Origin: an uncultured Candidatus Saccharibacteria bacterium
GTDB lineage: Bacteria > Patescibacteriota > Saccharimonadia > Saccharimonadales > EFPC-124
Length of the DNA: 37,485 bases
Direction: 5' to 3'
Assembly (NCBI GenBank): GCA_964586395.1
Contig: CAZPGP010000002.1
Coordinates: 26,556 to 64,040, forward strand
The translations under genes were made by a program, and so were the position numbers. The notes under the pieces are model-generated. The model worked only from the letters and a program-made list of their open reading frames with translations, searched no databases and was not told the DNA's origin. The stretch's first letter is position 1; each line of letters starts with the position of its first letter. This document shows positions 18,920-27,085 of this stretch, piece after piece.

Positions 18920-19507
18920 ATGCGCAAAGCAATCCAACGCAGCCCCTTGTTCATTGGGGCATTTCTGTTGGTCGTTGATTCCATGATGGAAATCTACGGC
19001 ATGTGGGAGGCCACTCCCACTCCAGCAGAGCCGGCGCCGTTCATGATGTGGCTGTTCGCAGCTGCAATCACGGCCGCGATGATCTTCGCTGAGCCGCTGA
19101 TCGCCAAGCTCACCGGGGTCAAGACGGTCGTCAAGACCGAAGAGATCTGGCGTGAGGTTGACCTCAGCATTCTCGACCGCTGGGAGACGGTGCAGCATGA
19201 GTTCGGGATCGACCCGGACGAGGCCCGCGCCGAGATCACCCAGTTCAGCCACGTGCTGGACCAGATCGAGCTGGCCGAAGCCGCGCGGCAAGGCTCTTCC
19301 GACACGGCAGTCTGCGAGGCGCTCGACGCACGAGTCACGATTCTCATGCGTGAGACCCTCGGACCGCTCGCCGCGGAACTGGCCTACCTCAAGTCTGAGG
19401 AAGGCCGAATCCACACCACCGTCACCGACACCTTCATCACCACCACCCAACAACGACAGCACGAACAAGATGTGGCAGCAGAGCTTCTGGCCCGCACGCC
19501 CATCTGA
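18920..19507 (+). CDS. 2-TM protein with helical cytoplasmic domain, high-GC orphan class
   Basis: Promoter TTGTGT-17-TATAAT at ~18858-18886, GAAGGG SD, high GC3, hairpin ~19522-19546, TGAAATTAT 19555-19563. Confidence 0.75.
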   Translation: MRKAIQRSPLFIGAFLLVVDSMMEIYGMWEATPTPAEPAPFMMWLFAAAITAAMIFAEPLIAKLTGVKTVVKTEEIWREVDLSILDRWETVQHEFGIDPDEARAEITQFSHVLDQIELAEAARQGSSDTAVCEALDARVTILMRETLGPLAAELAYLKSEEGRIHTTVTDTFITTTQQRQHEQDVAAELLARTPI

Positions 19508-19624
19508 TGAACGTCGTCGTAGGGGCGCCCGAAACACGGGCGCCCCGGCAACTCTGAAATTATAACTTAGCTTTTGATCAAATTTCCGATACTCGCCCCA
19601 GCCTGTGCAGCCGGGGCGAGTACA

Positions 19625-20221
19625 CTACTTCTTGTTTTCGGGGTGAAGCTGGGCAGCAATCCAGTTCTGCCTACGTGTGCCGCCGAACTCGTCAGGGTTT
19701 CCCCAGACTTCGTAGCCAGCGGCGGTGCGCAGAACACAGATGCGGATCGAACCGCCGCCCTCCTCGTATGCGAGGCCAGCAGGATCGATCCAGGAGCCCG
19801 ACGCGTCACGGGCTACAGCCCACGGTCCCGTCCAACGTGCCGTGTTGACCACCATGGCGCCAATGTCGCCCACAGCAGCACTTTTCACCTCGGCGTTGCA
19901 CGGCCCAGATGTGTGGATCTGGACCTGGTCTGCCGGAGTGTGGCTGGGTGAGGGCGACGGGAAAATCAACGCGCAGACCGCAATGGTTGCAACGATGGAT
20001 CCAATCCCGGCCCACGTGTACCGTCCGTTGGCGGACTTCTTGCGTACCGCCGCCTGCTGCGCGGCGAGCTTCTGGGCGTAGGCAGCCCTCCGCTGAGTAA
20101 CCAGGTTGTTGTAGCGCACAACGGTATCGGTATCGCCTCGTTGGATGGCCGCAGAAAGTCCGGCGGACTCCTTGTCGTCCAGAAATTGCTGCGGTAAAAC
20201 AGGCCCCTTGCGACGAGCCAT
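19625..20221 (-). CDS. single-TM protein with extracellular domain, high-GC orphan class
   Basis: GAGAGG SD, TM (WAGIGSIVATIAVCALIF), Pro/Ser linker, 3' hairpin 19592-19620 with a G-U pair on the minus strand. Confidence 0.7.
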   Translation of the reverse strand: MARRKGPVLPQQFLDDKESAGLSAAIQRGDTDTVVRYNNLVTQRRAAYAQKLAAQQAAVRKKSANGRYTWAGIGSIVATIAVCALIFPSPSPSHTPADQVQIHTSGPCNAEVKSAAVGDIGAMVVNTARWTGPWAVARDASGSWIDPAGLAYEEGGGSIRICVLRTAAGYEVWGNPDEFGGTRRQNWIAAQLHPENKK

Positions 20222-20366
20222 TGTCATCACCTCTCAAAAAACCAAAAGCATGAAGGCCCCATGAGGGCCACGGGGCAAACTATACCACCGTCTAGATATA
20301 AAGACAAACCACAGACTTTATGGTATAAATACTCTGGCCCTTCAACCACGAGTTCGAGGAGATGCA

Positions 20367-21299
20367 TTGAGTCAACCCCAGCGGTCGTCCCTTGCCACGG
20401 GCGAAGTCGCCCGACGGCTGAAGACGACGCGAACCACGCTTCAAAACATGTTCGACCACATCCCCCACCTCTACGTGCTAAAGAAGGAGACCCGCCTATT
20501 CCCCACCGCCTACATCGACGCCTACGCGGCGTACCTGGCGAGGGAAGAGCTTCTGGCCACCATTAACTCGGCGGCGAGTTTCTGGCGGACGGACGTAGCT
20601 CAGCGCCTCTACGCCGAAGCCGTCACGAGGCTCAACAGAGGCCTGTCCGGGATCACGCTGACCGGCCTTGAGCTGGCGGGCGTCCTTGGCGTCCCCTACT
20701 CGACCGTGATGAACTGGTCGTCGACGAACGCGCTCACAACCGTACGCGCTGGACGAGAAGTGCTCTTCCCGTGCGACAAGGTCAAGACGGCCATCGTATG
20801 GAAAAAGCCAGTCACTCGCAAGCCGTACATCCCGCCGACGTTGCCGCCGATGTTCGTGTCCGCGGACTACGTCAACGCGAAGGCGCGGCAACGAGGGCGC
20901 GCGCTCCCCAGCGGCACCGCCCTCTTTGGGCAACTCCAAACGCCAGGAGGCGGCCGGACCATTCCGGCCACCTACGCGGAGGCGATCCTGCGCACCAGGG
21001 GAACCCTCAACGACCAGCGCGTACTGCGGTTCAACGCAGATCGTCGCACAAGAACGATCATGGAGGAGGCGCGTGCCGAGTTCGACCGACGTCTCGCCGA
21101 ACGTCAGCAGTTGTCGCCGTTCGACGACGGCCTACTGACGTTCGAAGACGTCGCGTGGCTACTCGGCATGACGACAAGCATCGTCAAGATCTGGTGCTCA
21201 GACGATCAGTTGACGCACGTGGCCGGACCGGGCAAGAGGCTCATCCAGCCCAGCGCTCTGCTGGCTCGCTGCAAATGGGTCCTCCCAACTGGGCGATAA
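20367..21299 (+). CDS. protein with tandem MerR/excisionase-like HTH modules, high-GC orphan class
   Basis: GAGGAG SD and TTG start. HTH_17-like segments LATGEVARRLKTTRTTL, LTGLELAGVLGVPYSTVMNW, LLTFEDVAWLLGMTTSIVKIW. Confidence 0.75.
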   Translation: MSQPQRSSLATGEVARRLKTTRTTLQNMFDHIPHLYVLKKETRLFPTAYIDAYAAYLAREELLATINSAASFWRTDVAQRLYAEAVTRLNRGLSGITLTGLELAGVLGVPYSTVMNWSSTNALTTVRAGREVLFPCDKVKTAIVWKKPVTRKPYIPPTLPPMFVSADYVNAKARQRGRALPSGTALFGQLQTPGGGRTIPATYAEAILRTRGTLNDQRVLRFNADRRTRTIMEEARAEFDRRLAERQQLSPFDDGLLTFEDVAWLLGMTTSIVKIWCSDDQLTHVAGPGKRLIQPSALLARCKWVLPTGR

Positions 21300-21303
21300 C
21301 CCA

Positions 21304-21340
21304 CCGCAGCCCGGCCCCCTCACGGGGCGCCGGGCTGCGG
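21304..21340 (+). terminator. bulged GC hairpin with UCAC tetraloop
   Basis: CCGCAGCCCGGC-CCCC-TCAC-GGGG-c-GCCGGGCTGCGG, followed by AAAACTTAT at 21358-21366. Confidence 0.7.
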
Positions 21341-21417
21341 GCGAACCTACCTAGCTCAAAACTTATTTTTATGATTTAATACTTTCCCGGCTCACACTCG
21401 ACCCAATGGAGGACTAA

Positions 21418-21882
21418 TTGCCACCGACCCGAAAGCGCCTGTTCATGAGCGCCATCGATGTTGGCAAACAGCTGACAGCGGCTAACCGTCGCCGTTCAGT
21501 CGCCACGACGAGCTTCGGCCACCTCAGGCTGCCCGACAACTCCCAGCGCTATCCAGTCCCCTACATCGACGCGCTCTTGCGGGGCGTGCGAAGCAGCATC
21601 AGCGCCGACAATCTGCGATCGTTCAACAGTAGCCCAGCCGCAAGGGAGGCATTCAGACTGTCCGACGCTGACCTGCACCTCAGGCTCGATGAATGGCTGA
21701 CCGAGACGCCCCTGGAGGGCTACCTCAGCGTCACTACGCTCGGCTGGGTCCTCGGAGTCAACTCGTCGCGAGCCGCCAAGTGGCACAAGGACAGCCTTGT
21801 CACCTCTCAACTGGCTGACGGCACAACCTACCTCGAGGTCGCCGACCTCTTGAGCAAATGCCACTGGGTCCTCCCCAAGTGA
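21418..21882 (+). CDS. single-module paralog of 20367..21299 (HTH), high-GC orphan class
   Basis: GGAGG SD and TTG start. Shares FGxL, PxxYxxA, WxLG..W and C-terminal CxWVLP with the upstream protein. Confidence 0.75.
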   Translation: MPPTRKRLFMSAIDVGKQLTAANRRRSVATTSFGHLRLPDNSQRYPVPYIDALLRGVRSSISADNLRSFNSSPAAREAFRLSDADLHLRLDEWLTETPLEGYLSVTTLGWVLGVNSSRAAKWHKDSLVTSQLADGTTYLEVADLLSKCHWVLPK

Positions 21883-21887
21883 GCTGG

Positions 21888-21933
21888 ACGGCTGCGGCCC
21901 TGCACTTTCCGTGAGTGCAGCGGCTGCGGCCGT
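21888..21933 (+). terminator. long bulged GC hairpin with G-U pairs
   Basis: ACGGCTGCGGCC-CTGCACT-loop-AGTGCAG-c-GGCTGCGGCCGT. Wobble pairs fit + strand RNA. Confidence 0.65.
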
Positions 21934-21937
21934 TCCG

Positions 21938-22693
21938 CTAGCCTATCAGTCGCGCCAACAACGCAAATCGCCCCTCGGGTTCACCATTGCGAACTGCGCG
22001 GTAATGCGAATAATACTTATCACTCGTAGCCGTATTCACCGGCGACACCTCAATATGCTCAGGCAAAACACCCGCCTCTATAAATCGCTGACGATTATAG
22101 CCCGGCAAATCAACGCCGTAACCTTTGTCGGTTTTGTGGAGAAAATCTTTCCACACCGGGTCGTCAGCCTGCGAAACCGTATCAAACACGTACGATTCTG
22201 CCTTAATGGCCGGACTCAAATAAACTCGTAGGTCGGGCGCGGACGAACGAAATGTATGCTGCAAATATTGCACCGTCTTGGTTGCCAACTCAGCTGTCGT
22301 ACTCTGCCAACCCAAGTGCACTACCGCCAAAACATTCTGGACTGGATCGTGGATAGCCACGGCGTTGCAGTCTGCAACCGGTAACAGCAAGCCAATATTC
22401 GGCACGTTCGTGACCAATGCGTCAGCGGCGATACGCTCATTGGGATCGGCCACACCCCTTCCTTCATTGCTCGTCACATTAACTATCGCGTCCCATACCG
22501 CCTGATCGGCGCCAACGTCCATTACAACAACGTGCGAGGAATCGAGGTCAACGGCCTTTGCGAGCGTACTGATGACTCGTTGAGTCTCCTCAAGCGGACC
22601 CCACTCTGGCTTGGTGTTGCCATCGGCCTTACTAGACACGGCGACGCGCAGCTTTTGGCCGTCAAAGATAGTTGGTTGGTCGGAGCTAATCAT
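21938..22693 (-). CDS. pgeF: PgeF/YfiH purine nucleoside phosphorylase (laccase-domain) family protein
   Basis: ADALVT, VADCNAV, VVHLGW, SPAI, DLPGYN, YYSHYR, GRF. Confidence 0.85.
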   Translation of the reverse strand: MISSDQPTIFDGQKLRVAVSSKADGNTKPEWGPLEETQRVISTLAKAVDLDSSHVVVMDVGADQAVWDAIVNVTSNEGRGVADPNERIAADALVTNVPNIGLLLPVADCNAVAIHDPVQNVLAVVHLGWQSTTAELATKTVQYLQHTFRSSAPDLRVYLSPAIKAESYVFDTVSQADDPVWKDFLHKTDKGYGVDLPGYNRQRFIEAGVLPEHIEVSPVNTATSDKYYSHYRAVRNGEPEGRFALLARLIG

Positions 22694-22711
22694 AATTTCA
22701 TTGTAGCAGGG

Positions 22712-23497
22712 CTAGGCTAGGTCGGCGTAGGCTTTGACAAGCTTATACCAATCGTCCAAGCCAAGCTGCTCGGCGCGAGCCTTTGGATCTACACCTGCCG
22801 CCTCTAGCAACTTCTCGACTTCAGGCTTTTCAATATGCAGCCCACCGCTGAGACTATTGCGAAGCGTCTTGCGCTTCTCGCCGAATCCCGCCCGAACCAT
22901 GCGGAAGTAATCCTGCGATGTCACATCAGGGAATAGCGGCGTCGTGCGACGCTTCAGACCAATGATCTGCGAATCAACCTTCGGTGGTGGAGTAAAAAGC
23001 TCGGCAGGAACAATCGGGCCCAACGTTGCCTCGGCATAGAACTGCACGCTGACAGCCAGAACGCTCATATGACCAGGCTCGGCCGCCATTCGCTGAGCGA
23101 CTTCCTTCTGAACTAAGATAGCCGCCTCGCTTGGCGGATTAGGAGATTCCAACAGCATGCGGACGATTTTGCTGGTGATGTAGTACGGCAGATTGGCGGC
23201 GACTTTGTAGTCACGAGGTAGCTTAGTGAGGTCAAATTTGAGGATATCGCTGTGAACGACCTCGAGATTTTTGGCCGGAACACGTACAGCCAAGCCAGCC
23301 GCAAGCTCGGGATCGAACTCGACCGCGATCACTTGTTTGGCGCGGTCAGCAAGTTCAGCTGTGAGCGTACCGAGGCCAGGGCCGATCTCAAGCACCGTAT
23401 CGGCAGGTCCAACATGAGCAGCGTCCGCCATAGAACGGAGCGAATAGAGGTCGTGCAGCCAGTGCTGTCCTAAAGATTTGTTAGGGATCACGCTCAT
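22712..23497 (-). CDS. rsmA: 16S rRNA adenine dimethyltransferase RsmA/KsgA
   Basis: KSLGQHWL, LEIGPGLGTLT, ANLPYYITS, QKEVAQR, FTPPPKVDS, KRKTLRN. Confidence 0.97.
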   Translation of the reverse strand: MSVIPNKSLGQHWLHDLYSLRSMADAAHVGPADTVLEIGPGLGTLTAELADRAKQVIAVEFDPELAAGLAVRVPAKNLEVVHSDILKFDLTKLPRDYKVAANLPYYITSKIVRMLLESPNPPSEAAILVQKEVAQRMAAEPGHMSVLAVSVQFYAEATLGPIVPAELFTPPPKVDSQIIGLKRRTTPLFPDVTSQDYFRMVRAGFGEKRKTLRNSLSGGLHIEKPEVEKLLEAAGVDPKARAEQLGLDDWYKLVKAYADLA

Positions 23498-23922
23498 AAA
23501 TCCAAAAGCTTCAAGCCGATTTGCTCGTCGAGTTTACGTGCCAACGGCTGGTAGGTAACATGAATGAATAGTTCGCACGTTCCGCCGACCACAAAGTCCT
23601 TCACGTGCCCGCCCACAACCTGGTAATCGCGGTCGCTGAATGTGCCGTGCAAATGGAACATTAGCTTATCATGCTCGTCGCGTGCGATAGTGCCCTGCAG
23701 ACCAGTTATCTCATACATCGATGCGAAATCGTGCCAGATATACTCCTTCTTCTCGAGATCGTAGAAACCAAGCGTCAACTGTTCGGCAGCACCCACGCCG
23801 TTTACAGATGCGCCGATGAGCTGCGTATCACTCTCGGCAAAGAGCTGGTCCATCGCCTCACTCAGGCGTTCGCCGCGATCAAGTCGAACTGTGTAGTTGT
23901 AGCCGTCATATGCAGAAACCAT
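23494..23922 (-). CDS. PPC/DUF296 domain protein
   Basis: VRLDRGE, GVGA, EITGLQG, HLHGTF, GGHV. Start ATG 23922 with AGGAG SD. Confidence 0.88.
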   Translation of the reverse strand: MVSAYDGYNYTVRLDRGERLSEAMDQLFAESDTQLIGASVNGVGAAEQLTLGFYDLEKKEYIWHDFASMYEITGLQGTIARDEHDKLMFHLHGTFSDRDYQVVGGHVKDFVVGGTCELFIHVTYQPLARKLDEQIGLKLLDL

Positions 23923-23930
23923 GTTCGCTC

Positions 23931-25073
23931 CTATCGGTAAATGTCTTGTAGGCTCAGCTTGGCCCGACATCCAGGCCATGGCTGCCAGCCGCGTCGCTTG
24001 TACGTCTCCCAGGCTTTCTGGTCCTGGACAGATGGCGGCGCGAGGTCAGCGCGGGCAAAACCACCGTAGTTTGCCCAGGTGCTGATGTCGTATTGGTATG
24101 CGCCGTAATAGCCATTGCCGCTGTTGCGTGCGTAGTTGCCACCAGCTTCGCACGATCGCAAGCGAGCTAATGCTGCCGCGAAATCGCCGTCTACACCAGC
24201 TGTCTTTGCGCCCACAACTTCGACCTGCTCCTTTGGTTCAACTGTGGTAACGCTCTGGATCTCCTTGCGAGCAACTTCCTTGCCGTTCTTGAGTTCGATC
24301 TGGAAGGTGACAATCTTCTTGCCCTTTACGCCTGGAGTTTGGACTTTCTTGTAGCCGATTGGCTGGTCCGCGTCCTGGATTTGCTTGGTCTTAAAGTCGA
24401 CTTCCTTTTCTTCGCTGACGGTTTGCTCGCCATTGCGGTAGACGTCGACTGCAATATTATCGCTGATAGGCGTAGATGGGCCTGGCGATACGCCGTCCTG
24501 AGCAGCTAGATTGACGCCTTTTTCCTTTAGCAACTCACCTACCGTAGTAGCCTGAGTACGGATGTCGACCATCTTGCCGTATAGCATCATGTGGACCGGC
24601 ACGCTGCGGTCGATGGTCAGCATCAGGCCGGCACCGCCCTGCGCCACAAAGTCATCGATACGCGAAATGTTCAAAATATCTTCGTCGTATATCTGTAGGC
24701 CTGCAGTTTCGGCAATCTTCTTGGCGCTAGTGTGCGGACTCATAATGCGATATCGCTGAGAGCCATCTACCACTGTTACAGGACGTGCACGGTAGACATT
24801 GATGTCATACGTTTGAGCGACGAGTTTAGTACCCTTGCCCGGCTCGACGGCGTCGAACTGTTCGAGCTTCACACCTGCCTTGTCTAAAGCCTCTCCAACA
24901 GTAGCAGCATTCGTCGCGATAACTTGCTGCTGTCCGTCATGATAAATGGTCACGATGCGACCATTTTCGGCGTGAACTTGAGTGTGATTTAACGGGGAAA
25001 TAGCATACAAGGCCACTACTGCAGCCATGATTCCTACCCCGGTTAACACCTTCTTAATAAGTCGAATATTCAT
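23931..25073 (-). CDS. RpfB-like protein: DUF348 repeats + G5 + resuscitation-promoting-factor transglycosylase
   Basis: N-terminal TM, ATVGEAL/TTVGELL DUF348 repeats, G5 (VQTPGVKGKK), Rpf core RSCEAGGNY..GNGYYGAYQ...TW..QPWPGC. Confidence 0.88.
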   Translation of the reverse strand: MNIRLIKKVLTGVGIMAAVVALYAISPLNHTQVHAENGRIVTIYHDGQQQVIATNAATVGEALDKAGVKLEQFDAVEPGKGTKLVAQTYDINVYRARPVTVVDGSQRYRIMSPHTSAKKIAETAGLQIYDEDILNISRIDDFVAQGGAGLMLTIDRSVPVHMMLYGKMVDIRTQATTVGELLKEKGVNLAAQDGVSPGPSTPISDNIAVDVYRNGEQTVSEEKEVDFKTKQIQDADQPIGYKKVQTPGVKGKKIVTFQIELKNGKEVARKEIQSVTTVEPKEQVEVVGAKTAGVDGDFAAALARLRSCEAGGNYARNSGNGYYGAYQYDISTWANYGGFARADLAPPSVQDQKAWETYKRRGWQPWPGCRAKLSLQDIYR

Positions 25074-25156
25074 TGTTTTTGCTATTCGCAATAGACCCAG
25101 TATAGCAAATGGCGGCAAACCGGCGAAACGTAAACCTCCCGTGTCCGCTAAGCCAA

Positions 25157-25627
25157 CTAATCCTTCTTATATAATTTCAAAGCTCGATCCACCGTCATAC
25201 TCCGATGAGACGGCAAATGCTTCAGCGCAAACCATGCCACGTCCAACATCTCTAGCCGATGCCGTGCGGCAATATGCGCCGGCTGCTTCGGGACCTCAGC
25301 AACAAAACAATCCACCACGAAGGGCGCGTTACTGTCGCCATTTTCGAACTCACCCAACGGCTTACATTTACGCTCATCAATTGACACACCCGTTTCCTCG
25401 AACGTCTCACGCAGCGCAGCGACCTTTGGCTTCTCGCGGCGGCGGATTCCGCCACCAGGCAAGCTCCAGCGCTGATGACCAAACCAACTCCGCACTAGCA
25501 GCACTTCTCCGCGCTCGTTGACGACCATAACGCGTACACGGTGCTTTCCCCTCATATATACGCGCAGAAGTGGCGAGGCGGCGCCATGCGCCAATTTTCC
25601 GAGCCGAGCATAAGACTTCTTGACCAT
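25157..25627 (-). CDS. NUDIX hydrolase
   Basis: Nudix box LPGGGIRRREKPKVAALRETFEETG. Start ATG 25627, 8 nt after TACAAT. Confidence 0.9.
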   Translation of the reverse strand: MVKKSYARLGKLAHGAASPLLRVYMRGKHRVRVMVVNERGEVLLVRSWFGHQRWSLPGGGIRRREKPKVAALRETFEETGVSIDERKCKPLGEFENGDSNAPFVVDCFVAEVPKQPAHIAARHRLEMLDVAWFALKHLPSHRSMTVDRALKLYKKD

Positions 25628-25666
25628 ACTCCAGTATTGTAACAACGCTAACGTTTTTCAGACAAA

Positions 25667-25812
25667 CAAAAAATCGCCTCGTGGCGATATGACTTCAGCG
25701 GGACTGACTGCGGGGCCGCGTTCGAGGGCTGTGAAGCCCAGGGAACGCGGCGCCCGCCCGGCGAGTGTTTCTCTAGCCGGTTGTACGCGGCCAGATCGGC
25801 ACGCGCACGGTG
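25667..25812 (-). terminator. multi-hairpin 3' region plus U-tract terminator of 25813..26415
   Basis: Hairpins at ~25783-25808 and ~25710-25757 (UCAC loop), TGAAGTCAT at 25697-25689, then ATCGCC-acga-GGCGAT-TTTTT. Confidence 0.6.
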
Positions 25813-26415
25813 TCAGCTCGTGGGGTAGACGTAGCAGGGAGTGTCCGGGAAGCCGGGGCTGAGTCCGGAGACGTCCTTGCTGGTGACGGGAATGAGCTGG
25901 GGCATCGACTTGCCGCGGAGGTACTGGTTGATGCTCACCCAGTTCGCCTGAACGACGTCGATGGTCGTGGTGTTGAAGCAGATCGAGCCACGGCCGTTGG
26001 TGAACTCCTGGCTGATCGCGACGATGGTGCCATTGCTGGCGTCGACGACCGGGTCGGTGAACCCGTTGTCCTCCGCCTGCGCGGTCTTGGGCTTGCCGAG
26101 GCCGAACACGACGTAGGGACCAGGGTTGGTCAGGCCGGCCTTCTTCTGCTCCTGATCGAGGAACTTGATGACGCCCTCGTCGGAGACCTTGATGATGGCC
26201 TTGTAACCCGTGCTGGTCAGAAGCTGGCCACCCTGGCTCGCCGCGGCCTTGTCCATCGTGGCCTGGTCGACCGGAGGGATCTCCGGCAGGTCAGTGGAGT
26301 TCAGACCGAACAGCGGCACCTTGGTCCAGATGCTGATCCCGACGAACAGTGGGATCAGGGCATAGAGGCCCAGGCGGGCGAACAGCTTCAGGAGACGACC
26401 TCCCAATTTCTTCAT
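25813..26415 (-). CDS. membrane-anchored/secreted hypothetical protein, high-GC orphan class
   Basis: GAGGAA SD, basic N-terminus plus TM, high GC3, promoter TTGACT-17-TATAAA at 26496-26468. Confidence 0.75.
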   Translation of the reverse strand: MKKLGGRLLKLFARLGLYALIPLFVGISIWTKVPLFGLNSTDLPEIPPVDQATMDKAAASQGGQLLTSTGYKAIIKVSDEGVIKFLDQEQKKAGLTNPGPYVVFGLGKPKTAQAEDNGFTDPVVDASNGTIVAISQEFTNGRGSICFNTTTIDVVQANWVSINQYLRGKSMPQLIPVTSKDVSGLSPGFPDTPCYVYPTS

Positions 26416-26635
26416 GTACTTCCTCACTTCACGATCGGTCTTTCGCACCGGTGGAGCTGACTGTACATTTATACCACAAACATCTTAAATAGTCAATATA
26501 TTAAGCCCTCACTTTCCCTAGCGAAAGCACTCCTTCGCACCTTCTTTGTAGCAAATTTACTTGACAAATCGATACTTGAATTACAAAATATAGGACACGT
26601 TCCACTCAGGCACTTTTCGGCATCGGAGGACAACC

Positions 26636-26848
26636 GTGACACGCCCCTCGGCGAAGAATCCCAGCACGGGCAGGTTCTGGCTGCTCATGCTCGTCGGCGG
26701 AGCTCTCAGCCTCTTGGGCGTCTACTTGATGCTCCAGAGCTACAGCTCTCACCCCACCAAGTTCTACTTCGGAGTCGCGTTCGCGGTCATCGGCGTCATC
26801 GCCGGATTCGTCGGCGCATTCCGAGCCAACAACGCCAGACGCCGCTAG
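26636..26848 (+). CDS. small 2-TM protein, high-GC orphan class
   Basis: GGAGG SD and GTG start, two TM helices, basic tail, TTGACA at 26561. Confidence 0.75.
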   Translation: MTRPSAKNPSTGRFWLLMLVGGALSLLGVYLMLQSYSSHPTKFYFGVAFAVIGVIAGFVGAFRANNARRR

Positions 26849-26862
26849 GCACGGAACGGGGC

Positions 26863-26960
26863 AAAGCGACCTCCCCGTGGGTCATACCCACAAACCCTCG
26901 CGACACGACTTCGGTCGGACGTCGCGAGGGGGGTCGCTTTAACATTGGATTTGAAATTAT
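26863..26960 (+). other. three-way-junction RNA structure followed by TGAAATTAT
   Basis: Outer stem AAAGCGACC/GGTCGCTTT. Inner GTGGGT-cat-ACCCAC and CCCTCGCGAC..CGAC-TTCG-GTCG..GTCGCGAGGG. Motif at 26952-26960. Confidence 0.6.
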
Positions 26961-27085
26961 TATTTAGTCATAAGCATTGTGCTTTGACCCAACTATTGCT
27001 AGTATGTGGCCTGATAAGAGATAAATCTTACTTGATAAGATAACAATTGCGCTTATACTTAAAAGTACACGGAGGGTAGTAAAAT

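Noticed and set aside
18920-21882. Prophage or ICE remnant
   Set aside because: No integrase, structural, replication or conjugation genes and no att-like long repeats.
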